A stretch of 64,000 bases of DNA from Sedimentisphaerales bacterium (lineage in GTDB: Bacteria > Planctomycetota > Phycisphaerae > Sedimentisphaerales > SM23-30). The notes under the pieces were generated by a model that worked only from the letters and a program-made list of their open reading frames with translations, made no database searches and was not told the DNA's origin. Position 1 is the first letter of the stretch; each line of letters begins with the position of its first letter. Where the stretch lies: assembly GCA_963666285.1 (NCBI GenBank), contig OY762711.1; one strand, written 5' to 3'. Both the position numbers and the translations under genes were made by a program. Below, one piece after another: positions 29,008-38,314 of this stretch.

Positions 29008-30147
29008 ATGAAAAGCGTAAAAAACAAAAAAATATTGCTTTTAAGTGCCTCTGTCGGCAGTGGTCATAATATGGCTGCCAGGGCAGTTAGTAAATATCTC
29101 GAACTCTCAGGTTTTGATGGCGAGGTTCGTTTTGAAGACGTTCTGGACTATACAAATCCTGTTTTTCGCTTTTTATATAGAGATGCATATCTAATGGTTA
29201 CCGGCAGATTTACGCACTTTTTTGCCGCCTGCTATGACAAAGCTGATAGACCGTGGAAAGACTATCATAAACGTAAAGCTCTATTTTCGCCAAACTTAAG
29301 TAATTTACGCAAGATGATAATCAATTTCAATGCTGATATTATTATCTGCACTCATTTCCTGGCCGCCGAAGCGGTAACATGGCTGAAGAATGAGGGGAAG
29401 ATTTCAAGTAAGCTTTGTACGGTTGTAACTGATATAGATCCGCATGCATGGTGGCTCTGTAAGGGGGCTGACCACTTTTTTGTCGCGATGGGCGAGAGCA
29501 AAGAATATCTAATCCACACCGGGGTTCCTGCCGATAATATCTCTGTTTCGGGCATACCAATTGACCCGAAGTTTGCCCAGAACAAAAATAAAGACGAAAT
29601 GTGGAAAAAGCTTAGCTTGGCCCCGGATCTTCCTGTTATAATTGTTTCCGGCGGCGGTGAGGGTATTGGTGCGACTGAAAAGCAGTTCGATGAGCTGCGC
29701 CGGTTAAACAATCCGGCTCAACTAGTTGTAATTTGCGGCAATAATAACAAGCTGAAATCAAGGCTTGAAGCATATAATAGTAAGCTGCCGGCTGACAGTA
29801 ATATAAAGATGCATATTGTCGGCTATACCACTGATATGGATGAGTATATGCTGGCCGCTGACCTGCTGATTGGTAAGCCCGGCGGTATGACGGTTTTTGA
29901 AGCGATGGCAATGGGGTTGCCAATGCTGATTTTTATGCCTCTTGCAGGGCAGGAAGAACGCAACAGCGACCATCTCCTTGAAGAAGGCGTTGCTATCAGG
30001 TGCAACTCGCTGGTAACATTGCCGTACAAGGTTGACCGTCTTTTGAGCGATCCTGATAGACTGCGGCAGATGAGCGAAAATGCAAGGAAGCTTGGCTCTC
30101 CGTTAGCAGGTAAAGTGATTGCTGACAAAGTATTAGAAATGGTTTGA
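29008..30147 (+). CDS. MGDG synthase / UgtP-like diacylglycerol glycosyltransferase (GT28)
   Basis: SASVGSGH..AA, IICTHF, VVTD, SGIPI, ICGNN, GKPGGMT and GQEERN. Confidence 0.88.
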   Translation: MKSVKNKKILLLSASVGSGHNMAARAVSKYLELSGFDGEVRFEDVLDYTNPVFRFLYRDAYLMVTGRFTHFFAACYDKADRPWKDYHKRKALFSPNLSNLRKMIINFNADIIICTHFLAAEAVTWLKNEGKISSKLCTVVTDIDPHAWWLCKGADHFFVAMGESKEYLIHTGVPADNISVSGIPIDPKFAQNKNKDEMWKKLSLAPDLPVIIVSGGGEGIGATEKQFDELRRLNNPAQLVVICGNNNKLKSRLEAYNSKLPADSNIKMHIVGYTTDMDEYMLAADLLIGKPGGMTVFEAMAMGLPMLIFMPLAGQEERNSDHLLEEGVAIRCNSLVTLPYKVDRLLSDPDRLRQMSENARKLGSPLAGKVIADKVLEMV

Positions 30148-30285
30148 ATGAAGGGGGTATTCACGATTCATTTCGGGATTACCCATTATTATAGATAAAA
30201 TATTGTGCAAACCAGAACGGGTTGCTCATATTATTAACTTATTAATTGGACTCTGAGCTGACTTGATTGGCAAAGTTATATCCAA

Positions 30286-31002
30286 GTGAGGCTTGATATG
30301 CCGTTTGGCTTTATGGACAGTAAGGAATTAGCCAGGTTTCTGGGCGATGATTCTCGACGTATCGAGAAGCTGGCCCAGAGGGGCTCTATCCCTGCCCAGA
30401 GAGTCGGCGGTTCTTATCGCTTCAACCGCGCTGAAATTACCGAATGGCTGCAGCAGAAGTTTGGCGGCATGGCACATGGCGATCTCAAAGTTATTGATGA
30501 TGGTATTTCCAGCCATCGAAATGTCGAAAGTGAGCTGGTGGTAACTAATATGCTCAGGCCTGAAGGGATAAATCTGTATTTACCGGCTCGTACTAAAAGG
30601 AGTGTCCTGAAAGAGCTTACCCAGCTTGCAGTTAATACCGAATTGCTATATGATCCCGACACACTCGAAGAAGAACTGGTCGCTCGTGAAGATATGTGCA
30701 GTACTGCCCTGGAAAATGGGCTGGCCATACCTCACCCACGTCGTCCGCAGCAATATATTATTGCAGAGCCTATCCTCGTTTTTGGCAGGACCTCAACCGG
30801 TATTGCTTTTGGTGCTCCAGATGGCAGAACCTCCGACCTGTTTTTTATGACTTGTTCAGATGATGACCGCCATCACCTCCACATTCTTGCTCGACTCTGC
30901 CGACTTTTCCATGATACCAATGTTGCTGACGCTCTCCGCGAAGCTGAAACCGAACAGGAAGTCATTCATATCATCCATGATGCTGAAGTTAAGGTAGTGT
31001 GA
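30286..31002 (+). CDS. Excisionase-type HTH fused to a PTS EIIA (Ntr/Fru-type) domain
   Basis: N-terminal …IPAQRVGGSYRFNRAEI.EW, then RE..ST….GLAIPHPR and HLHILARL. The true start may be the ATG at 30298 or 30313. Confidence 0.88.
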   Translation: MRLDMPFGFMDSKELARFLGDDSRRIEKLAQRGSIPAQRVGGSYRFNRAEITEWLQQKFGGMAHGDLKVIDDGISSHRNVESELVVTNMLRPEGINLYLPARTKRSVLKELTQLAVNTELLYDPDTLEEELVAREDMCSTALENGLAIPHPRRPQQYIIAEPILVFGRTSTGIAFGAPDGRTSDLFFMTCSDDDRHHLHILARLCRLFHDTNVADALREAETEQEVIHIIHDAEVKVV

Positions 31003-31154
31003 TATTCAGCCGCTTCTGGTTTGATTCCTAAATTGTCATTCTACTCTTCAACCTTGACCTTTTGGTATTTTTCAGTTTATAATTACCTGTTAGGCCGTAT
31101 TTTAACGCAATAATGGCAATATAGATAACTTATAACGAGATATAGGGTTAGAGT

Positions 31155-32765
31155 ATGAATATTTTGATCGCAGGTGCCAAGGGTGCCGGTAAATCTTCAG
31201 TAGGCAGTGAACTTTCCGGTTTGACCGGCTTGGAAATAATCGAGACAGATGCTTTGGTAGAAGAGATTTACGAACGGGAAACCGGCGTAAAGCTTACCTG
31301 TCGCCAGATATATATTGAGAAAGGTTCCGAATATTTCCGCAGCCTGGAATCGCAGGCTGCACGCATGGCAGCTGAGAAAGACTGGCATTTTATTATTCTG
31401 GGCGGTTCTATCCTGATGAATCCTGATAATCGTCGTCTGTTGAGAAATGATTCCATGATGATCTATTTGACCGCACCGGTTGGGGTCAGCTGGGATCGCA
31501 TCCAGAAAGACGGACTGCCGCCATGGCTCGATGATGCTGACGGCAAGGAAAAATATATCAAGGAGGTGGAATATCGCAATGAGGTATTAACTCCTTTTGC
31601 AGATATTGTTATGGATAGCTCTGACGGTACTCCGGCAGAGCTGGCTGATCGTGTTATTGATCTGATCAAAGAGGAGCTTTCCATACGCAGTCATGCCGCC
31701 AATACTTATGGTCAGATTATCCATATGACAACCTTTGGTGAAAGTCATGGACCGGCTATCGGTGCGGTACTGGACGGCGTACGTCCTGGACTGGAGATTA
31801 CCGAAGAGGAAATACAAATCCAGCTTAACCGCCGTCGTCCCGGTCAGAGTGATTATGTGACTCCTCGCAGTGAAAAAGACAGGGTACATATTCTTTCGGG
31901 TGTGTTTGAGGGCAAAACAACCGGTGCCCCGATTGCGATGGTGGTATATAATCAGGACCAGGACTCAAGCAAGTATGAAGGTATCAAGGATATGTTCCGG
32001 CCGGGGCATGCCGATTTTACTTTCTATAAGAAATACGGCATACGCGACTATCGCGGCGGCGGCAGGTCGTCCGGTCGTGAGACTGCCGGTCGAGTCATGT
32101 GTGGTGCGATTGCCCGTAAAGTACTGGCACAGCGAGGAGTAGAGTTTATTGCTCATGCTGTAGAGATTGGCGGGGTCAAGGCAGAGACTTGTGACCATAG
32201 TGTTATCGAGAGTAACCCGGTTCGTTGTGCAGACCCAAAGGCTGCCGAGAAGATGCAGGAAGTGATTCTTGCCGCCAAAGATGACAATGATTCGGTCGGG
32301 GGGATTGTTTTATTAGAGATTAAAGGATTACCGGCCGGGTTGGGTGATCCTGTATTTGACAAACTTGATGCCCGTTTGTGTAAGGCTTTGTTTAGCCTTG
32401 GTGCTACCAAAGGTATCGAAGTTGGCAGAGGCTTTGAGCTGTCACGGATGCGAGGTAGTGAAAGTAATGACTGGATGGGTGACGGCGGATTCCAGAGTAA
32501 TAATGCCGGCGGTATAACCGGTGGTATTTCAACCGGTCAGGACGTCGTTATCAAGATAGGTGTCAAGCCTACCTCGTCGATTGCTAAGCCTCAGGAAACT
32601 ATAGGTTTAGATGGTGAAGATAAAGAGATCGAAACTCACGGTCGTCATGACCCGTGTATCGTTCCGCGTGTTATACCGGTAGTAGAGAATATGGCAGCAC
32701 TGGTTATCTGGGATGCCTGGGAAACGCAACGATGTATTAAGCCGGACTGGAACGAGAAGAAATAA
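31155..32765 (+). CDS. aroC: Bifunctional shikimate kinase-chorismate synthase fusion
   Basis: N-terminal AroK (GAKGAGKS, TD.L.E, FRSLE, LGG), then AroC from about 31701 (TTFGESHG, RRPGQS, RPGHAD, RSSGRET, KPTSSI, GRHDPC). Confidence 0.93.
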   Translation: MNILIAGAKGAGKSSVGSELSGLTGLEIIETDALVEEIYERETGVKLTCRQIYIEKGSEYFRSLESQAARMAAEKDWHFIILGGSILMNPDNRRLLRNDSMMIYLTAPVGVSWDRIQKDGLPPWLDDADGKEKYIKEVEYRNEVLTPFADIVMDSSDGTPAELADRVIDLIKEELSIRSHAANTYGQIIHMTTFGESHGPAIGAVLDGVRPGLEITEEEIQIQLNRRRPGQSDYVTPRSEKDRVHILSGVFEGKTTGAPIAMVVYNQDQDSSKYEGIKDMFRPGHADFTFYKKYGIRDYRGGGRSSGRETAGRVMCGAIARKVLAQRGVEFIAHAVEIGGVKAETCDHSVIESNPVRCADPKAAEKMQEVILAAKDDNDSVGGIVLLEIKGLPAGLGDPVFDKLDARLCKALFSLGATKGIEVGRGFELSRMRGSESNDWMGDGGFQSNNAGGITGGISTGQDVVIKIGVKPTSSIAKPQETIGLDGEDKEIETHGRHDPCIVPRVIPVVENMAALVIWDAWETQRCIKPDWNEKK

Positions 32766-32827
32766 GTCAGGAAATTTTGTTGGAATAAATATTAGCAATT
32801 GGAATGCTATAATCGAAAGGAAATCGC

Positions 32828-33454
32828 ATGGAATCAAAATATTATGACATAGCTGTCGAATTGAAAGAGATTGCCCAGAAGGGCCTGTGGTTTTCGAAAG
32901 ATGAATATGATCTTGAGCGTTTTAAGCGAGTTCAGGAGATTGCCGCTGAATTAATGGCAGACTGTACCGACGCTGATAAGGAGACGATCATGAAAGCATT
33001 CCAGGAAGACACCGGATATCCAACCCCGCGGACTGATTGCAGGGGGGTGGTGTTCAAAGATGATAAGATAATGCTGGTAAAGGAGATAGAAGACGGCGGC
33101 TGGACATTGCCCGGCGGCTGGTGTGATAATGGCCAGACCGGTTCTGAGAATGTTGCTCGTGAAGTCTGGGAAGAGTCAGGTTTTAAAGTAGAAGTTAAGC
33201 GTCTTATGGGTGTGCTTGACCGCGACAAACATGGTAACCATCCGACCTATCCGTATAATGTTTATAAGTTGTTTTATCTGTGTGAAATTGTTGGTGGCGA
33301 AGCTACGCCGAGTAATGAGACCAGCGAGATTAAATTCTTTACCGAAGATGAGGTTGAGACGCTGGAGCTTTCCGAGGCACGCACAAAACTTTACCAGCTT
33401 AAATGGATGTTCGATTTGTACCGTAACCCGGTGGTACATGCGGTGTATGATTGA
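32828..33454 (+). CDS. NUDIX hydrolase (YjhB/ADP-ribose pyrophosphatase-like, with Nudix_N domain)
   Basis: IAQKGL.FSKD.YD.ERF, GYPTP and WTLPGG…REVWEESG. Confidence 0.9.
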   Translation: MESKYYDIAVELKEIAQKGLWFSKDEYDLERFKRVQEIAAELMADCTDADKETIMKAFQEDTGYPTPRTDCRGVVFKDDKIMLVKEIEDGGWTLPGGWCDNGQTGSENVAREVWEESGFKVEVKRLMGVLDRDKHGNHPTYPYNVYKLFYLCEIVGGEATPSNETSEIKFFTEDEVETLELSEARTKLYQLKWMFDLYRNPVVHAVYD

Positions 33455-33466
33455 TATGAGGAGTAA

Positions 33467-33571
33467 TTATCTTAAAAAACGTTGGCCTAAATTTCTTTGT
33501 TGATTCTCGTAGAACAAAGCAGCGTCAATCAACTCATTTTCAGCTTCAATGTGATATTTAATGGGCTTCAT
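33467..33571 (-). pseudogene. Truncated ParE/RelE-family toxin fragment (34 aa)
   Basis: Translated by hand as MKPIKYHIEAENELIDAALFYENQQRNLGQRFLR*. It overlaps the antitoxin stop and matches the N-terminus of the ParE-like ORF at 63724-64000. Confidence 0.75.
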
Positions 33572-33800
33572 TCAATTTTTTCTGTACATTAGCAATAACG
33601 TCTTTTTCGTCTCTGAGAATGCCAGGTGTTTCATAGTCTATTTGCTGACATCTTCGATCAATTTCTTTTGACCATTCAGTAGAAAGAGGTTTATCCTCAT
33701 CGAACTCAAGGCTTTCTATTAGCCTTTCGGCAAGATAAGCTCTGACATTTTTTGGTAAGCCCATTGCTTCAGTAATAAGTTTTTCGGTATCTATTGGAAT
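33558..33800 (-). CDS. Putative addiction-module antitoxin (TIGR02574-like)
   Basis: EAMGLP…RA.LAERLIESL…W..EI.RR. The frame extends 12 codons upstream of the ATG at 33764 to an ATT at 33800 preceded by GAGGT. Confidence 0.8.
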   Translation of the reverse strand: MPIDTEKLITEAMGLPKNVRAYLAERLIESLEFDEDKPLSTEWSKEIDRRCQQIDYETPGILRDEKDVIANVQKKLNEAH

Positions 33801-33892
33801 GTTTTACCTCAACTATTAAGCGATAAAACAATTTTAAGGTACTATTTATCGAATCGAAAGTCAAATGTATAATAAAATGTTTAACTGTCATT

Positions 33893-34153
33893 TTAGATTG
33901 AAGTTTTTTCCATAAGGTCTTCATTTGACCATTGAATATCGGTAAATCTAGTATCGTTTTCTAATATATCATTGATTGCATCTATGACTATTTTTTCGCT
34001 ATTTATAAGATCATTTTTACTTACCTTTTGGAGCCAACTCTTCTTGGAGAAAATGCCAAGCACCCATTGTCTCTTAATATTATCTATATTCACCCAATCT
34101 ATAAACTCCCATATATAGATGGCTACTATGATTTTACAGATTTTAACAGACAT
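33893..34153 (-). CDS. Hypothetical protein (86 aa)
   Basis: Start overlaps the upstream gene's stop (TAATG coupling); AT-rich. Confidence 0.55.
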   Translation of the reverse strand: MSVKICKIIVAIYIWEFIDWVNIDNIKRQWVLGIFSKKSWLQKVSKNDLINSEKIVIDAINDILENDTRFTDIQWSNEDLMEKTSI

Positions 34154-35370
34154 TATCCATTCTCTTCATTTTCAATGAATGTCGGCGGTTCCGGAGTATC
34201 GTCGTAAATACCGATCCACTCGTCTCTTTTGTCGGCATCGTGAAAGAGCAGCCAGGTTTTGTTTGGTATTTTAGCTTCTATCAGCATTTTTTTAATATCA
34301 GGTATGGCTTTGTTTATGTCGGCAATTGCCAGCTCAACATAAGAATACTTTAGTCCTGTGCCGCCACCGATCACGCATCCGGAATCGCATGAAGCCAGGT
34401 TTTTTTGCATAGCTGCTTCCAGTTCTTTATAGTCGGCAAAAGTACAGTTTCCCAGTTTATCATTTCCCTCGATTTTCAGGTAACAGAACTGTTCATCGAA
34501 TTTCGAGAAGCGATTTGAGAAAAACGGTATGGTAGAATGGGCGGCCTGAAATATTTCCGGACTGCAGGATATGCCAACAGCGAGGTCGGTTTGGTAGGGG
34601 TAGTCGCCTTGATTATCTTTGGGCTGAGATTTGAAAACCGACCATTTGCAACTGTCGAAATCAGCTGCAAATTCCATTTTATAAAACGGTTCTTGCGGTA
34701 GTATATCTTCGACTATGTCCTGGACGTGTTCGCTGGCTTCGAATTTAAGGTCTTCCATTTCAAAAAAGCCCTTAAGCTCCTTTTTGAATAGGCCAAAGGT
34801 CTTTTTGGCAGGAGGCACAAAGTTGACTTTACTGATCCAGTGAGAAGCAATTTCTTCGCCAAGGACGAGTTCAAGTGTCATAAGTGCGGCCTGTTTTTCT
34901 TTATCGTCAGCTGCAGTAAAAGTTAGTTCGATAGTGTTATGTTCGCCTTTATCGACCTTGAATGCGATATCGCCAATGCCGACACCGATTTTACTGCTAA
35001 CGAAATCGGCAGCTTTATCGAAATTCTGGCCGGTAAGGAACATATTGAACTCCCAGTCGTCCAGTTCTGGTGCCAGGCTGAGCATGTAAGCTATGTATGG
35101 AGTTAGCGATTTGTCACGCTGTGATGAGATTACCAGTCGATATGGTTTGGTATGTCCGGGGCGGAATTCCCACATGAGGTTTTCTTCGATGCAGTTGAGG
35201 TTATCTTTCATCCATGCGGCGAGGTCAAACTGGGTTTCATTTTGCAGCAGGGCGATTATTTCAGCCTGTTTGTCAGAAAAGGCTCTCCACCATCGCAGTA
35301 TTTTTTCTTCGGCTGCAATAATACGATCTTTTTCCTGTGGATTGTTTTTATCAGCATATAACCAACGCAT
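34153..35370 (-). CDS. Hypothetical protein (405 aa)
   Basis: Long ORF with AAGGA RBS directly downstream of aroB; no motif recognised with confidence. Confidence 0.75.
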   Translation of the reverse strand: MRWLYADKNNPQEKDRIIAAEEKILRWWRAFSDKQAEIIALLQNETQFDLAAWMKDNLNCIEENLMWEFRPGHTKPYRLVISSQRDKSLTPYIAYMLSLAPELDDWEFNMFLTGQNFDKAADFVSSKIGVGIGDIAFKVDKGEHNTIELTFTAADDKEKQAALMTLELVLGEEIASHWISKVNFVPPAKKTFGLFKKELKGFFEMEDLKFEASEHVQDIVEDILPQEPFYKMEFAADFDSCKWSVFKSQPKDNQGDYPYQTDLAVGISCSPEIFQAAHSTIPFFSNRFSKFDEQFCYLKIEGNDKLGNCTFADYKELEAAMQKNLASCDSGCVIGGGTGLKYSYVELAIADINKAIPDIKKMLIEAKIPNKTWLLFHDADKRDEWIGIYDDTPEPPTFIENEENG

Positions 35371-35401
35371 ATTATTTATTCCTTTTTCTTAGGGGCTAAT
35401 A

Positions 35402-36493
35402 CTAGTCTACCGTAACAACTTCGCAACTGCCAATGCCATTAGCTAGAACGAAAACTATTTTACCATCTTTAACTTTTTTGTCGTGTTTCATCGCCTCGTC
35501 CAGTTTTTCGGCGGTAACTTCAGGGTGACCGCACATATTCGGGACCAGCGGCAGGCTGAAGGCTGCCAGCAGGTTTTCAATTCGTTTGGCATCATCCCCG
35601 GTTAGCATTTCCCTGTCGATTGCCAGCCTGTTTGCATAAGCTATGCCGATAGAAACCGCTTCGCCGTGGTGGTACAGGTTTTCGCCGTCCACTTTGAAAA
35701 GGACTTCAACGGCATGGCCGAAGGTGTGTCCGTAGTTGAGTATTCGCCTGAGTCCGCCTTCTTTTTCGTCCTGGGCGACCACGCCTGCTTTGACCTTGAC
35801 ATTTTCGCCAACGAGGTATGTCATCATTTTAGAATCGCATTTAACGATCAGGTCGGCATTTTCTTCCATCCATTCGAAAAATTCGGCGTTACGGATAACG
35901 CCATGCTTGACAGATTCTGCCAGGCCGCAGCTTAACTCTCTTGGGGACAGGGTCTTTAGCGTAGCGACATCGGCATAGACAAAGCTCGGCTGATAGAAAG
36001 CACCGATCATATTTTTACCGCGTGGATGGTTGATGCCGGTTTTGCCGCCGACACTGCTGTCAACCATCGCCAGCAGCGAGGTTGGTACCTGTACAAATTG
36101 AGTTCCGCGTTTGAAACTGGCAGCGGCAAATCCTGCCAGATCGCCGATAACGCCGCCGCCGAGTGCGACGACACTGTCAGAGCGTTCGAGTTCGAAATCG
36201 AACATCTGGTCGTAAAGCTTGTCGAGTACTTCCTGACGTTTAGACTTTTCGCCGGCTTCGACAGTTATCAAGCAGGTTTTGATACCAGCATTTTCCAGCG
36301 ACTGCTGAACGCGAGAGGCATAAAGTTTGCCGACGTTGGTGTCGGTAACAATTGCGGCCTTTTTCTGGCCGAGGTGATATTTCAGGCATTCGCCTAAATT
36401 GTCCAGTATATTATCGCCGATATAAATCGGGTAGCTTCTGTTACCCAGTTCGACGGGTACTATCTTGCCACTGAATTTCTCATATGTTTTCAT
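35402..36493 (-). CDS. aroB: 3-dehydroquinate synthase
   Basis: ALGGGVIGDLAGF, PTSLLAMVDSSVGGKTG, KNMIGAFYQP, LNYGHTFGHA and HGEAV. Confidence 0.95.
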   Translation of the reverse strand: MKTYEKFSGKIVPVELGNRSYPIYIGDNILDNLGECLKYHLGQKKAAIVTDTNVGKLYASRVQQSLENAGIKTCLITVEAGEKSKRQEVLDKLYDQMFDFELERSDSVVALGGGVIGDLAGFAAASFKRGTQFVQVPTSLLAMVDSSVGGKTGINHPRGKNMIGAFYQPSFVYADVATLKTLSPRELSCGLAESVKHGVIRNAEFFEWMEENADLIVKCDSKMMTYLVGENVKVKAGVVAQDEKEGGLRRILNYGHTFGHAVEVLFKVDGENLYHHGEAVSIGIAYANRLAIDREMLTGDDAKRIENLLAAFSLPLVPNMCGHPEVTAEKLDEAMKHDKKVKDGKIVFVLANGIGSCEVVTVD

Positions 36494-36575
36494 TTTTATT
36501 ACCTTAGTATTACTAATATCTATAATTATGGTATTGGATTCTTATTCGCCGTGCAGCACAAATGAAGGTATCAGA

Positions 36576-36628
36576 TTTTGGTATTGGGTATTAGGGAAGG
36601 TATCGCCTGGCGGCGAAGTTAATAATTC
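36576..36628 (+). repeat. Composite heptamer-hairpin element
   Basis: ATTTTG GTATTGG GTATTAG GGAAGG TA TCGCC TGGC GGCGA AGTTAATAA. Confidence 0.7.
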
Positions 36629-36647
36629 TAATACTCTTGATTTAACC

Positions 36648-36911
36648 TCATTTATGTGTTGTATGTCCTTTGTCGATATAGCTTTGCAGAGCATCTTCGA
36701 GATCGATATCGTTTATATTTGCCAGGGTGCAGAGCCATGCGATCACATCGCCGAACTCTTCTTTCTGGTTTTGCTTATCGTCGCCCTGCAGGCCGGTAGC
36801 GAGCTCTCCGATTTCTTCGATGAGCCACATAAAGGTAGCGGGTGTGCCGCGTTTGCTGTCGACTTCGTAGTATTTATCACGTATATACTGCTGAAATTCT
36901 TTTATCTGCAT
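36648..36911 (-). CDS. MazG-like nucleotide pyrophosphohydrolase
   Basis: WLIEEIGELA and EEFGDVIAWL.TLAN; GGAG RBS. Confidence 0.88.
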   Translation of the reverse strand: MQIKEFQQYIRDKYYEVDSKRGTPATFMWLIEEIGELATGLQGDDKQNQKEEFGDVIAWLCTLANINDIDLEDALQSYIDKGHTTHK

Positions 36912-37001
36912 ATCTGCTCCGTATTGGTGTTATTTATTAAGAGCAGGTATTTTAACAGAAACCGGTAAAAATGTCACGGTTTTTGGTGGTATAAAATATT
37001 C

Positions 37002-37132
37002 GTAACCGTTCATACGGTTACAGTAATAAGATATAAGTAAAAAGAAATAAGCTAAGGTGCGTTTATCGCGAACTATTTAAAAGCTCAGCAAACACAGAAA
37101 CTGACGCAAATAACGCACCTGTGAATGCTTAC
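37002..37132. mobile_element. IS66-type MITE, copy B (131 bp)
   Basis: Ends GTAACCGTTCA… / …TGAATGCTTAC, with an 8-bp direct repeat AAATATTC at 36994-37001 and 37133-37140. Confidence 0.88.
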
Positions 37133-37252
37133 AAATATTCTGTTATCAGTGTTCAAGTGCTGCTTTATATATGCAGCTTCTGCTAATAGTGGTTGTTAGT
37201 ATTCTATTGCTTTAATCTTTTCATACATATAGTAATTATTTATAATGATGTC

Positions 37253-38314
37253 ATGATAAATACAATAGTAATAATTATGATGCTGGGTTTGTTTGCGAAT
37301 ATGTCAGCGGCGGTGGAACCTGTTGGGCAGGAAGTAGAGACGTTTTACGGTTCCTCTGATTCATCGGCAGCGTTTAAGGTTGATGACGGCCGGTTTGTTG
37401 TTGCCGATGATGAAAATAATATTCTGCGGGTGTATGATGTTGACAAGCCGGGGCTGCCAGTGCAGACGATAACGAGTTTGCAGCAGTTTCTGTCTGATGT
37501 TGATGATTTAGAAGCTGATATTGAAGCGTCGGCGGTGGTGGGTGATATGGTTTACTTTATCGGCTCGCATGGCCGGAATAAGAACGGTAAGCTTCGTCCT
37601 GCGAGGGAGGTATTTTGTGCGGCGAAGTTTGGCGTTTCAGATAGTGGTGAGGTAAAGCTTGAGTTTGTGGGCAGGCCGTATCGCAGGCTGCTGTATGATC
37701 TGGTAAACAGTTCGATAGGAATCGAGCTTGGACTGGCGAAGGTTGTGAGGTTTGATGATCCATCGAAGAAGTCGCTGGCACCGAAGAAAGGCGGGGTCAA
37801 TATTGAGGGGATGACCGCCGGGGCTGATGGTTCGCTGTATATCGGTTTTCGTAATCCGCTTTTTGATGGTAAGGCACTGGTAGTGAAATTACTTAACCCG
37901 CGAGCGGCTGTTTTGGCTGGTGAGGTGTGCAGGTTTGAAGGGCCGATGTTGCTGGAGCTGGGTGAGCGAGGGATAAGGTCGCTGGAGTATGATCTTGGAG
38001 CGAAGTTGTGTTATATTGTTGCCGGTGAGAAGGGTGCCGAGAATAATTTTTCGGTTTATAAATGGGATGGCAAGAGTGACCCGGTCGAAGCAATAAAGAT
38101 CGGTGCTGGAGATAAATTTAACCCAGAGGCAGCTTTTTTGCGGGGTGGCAAGTTATGTCTGCTGAGCGATGATGGTGCGATGCCTGTGAAGGTGAGTTCG
38201 CCGGACGAGTGTGTGCCCGGTGAGATGCAGGCTGATGGTATGTGTGCGAATAAATCACTGGTTGACCAGAATGCGAAGACGTTTCGGATGAAGTTATATT
38301 TGCCTGGCAGGTAG
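37253..38314 (+). CDS. DUF3616-like secreted beta-propeller protein
   Basis: VADDE.N.L.VY, DIEAS, YFIGSHGRNK.GK, NIEG, IGFRNPL and LSDDG motifs; signal peptide. Confidence 0.75.
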   Translation: MINTIVIIMMLGLFANMSAAVEPVGQEVETFYGSSDSSAAFKVDDGRFVVADDENNILRVYDVDKPGLPVQTITSLQQFLSDVDDLEADIEASAVVGDMVYFIGSHGRNKNGKLRPAREVFCAAKFGVSDSGEVKLEFVGRPYRRLLYDLVNSSIGIELGLAKVVRFDDPSKKSLAPKKGGVNIEGMTAGADGSLYIGFRNPLFDGKALVVKLLNPRAAVLAGEVCRFEGPMLLELGERGIRSLEYDLGAKLCYIVAGEKGAENNFSVYKWDGKSDPVEAIKIGAGDKFNPEAAFLRGGKLCLLSDDGAMPVKVSSPDECVPGEMQADGMCANKSLVDQNAKTFRMKLYLPGR

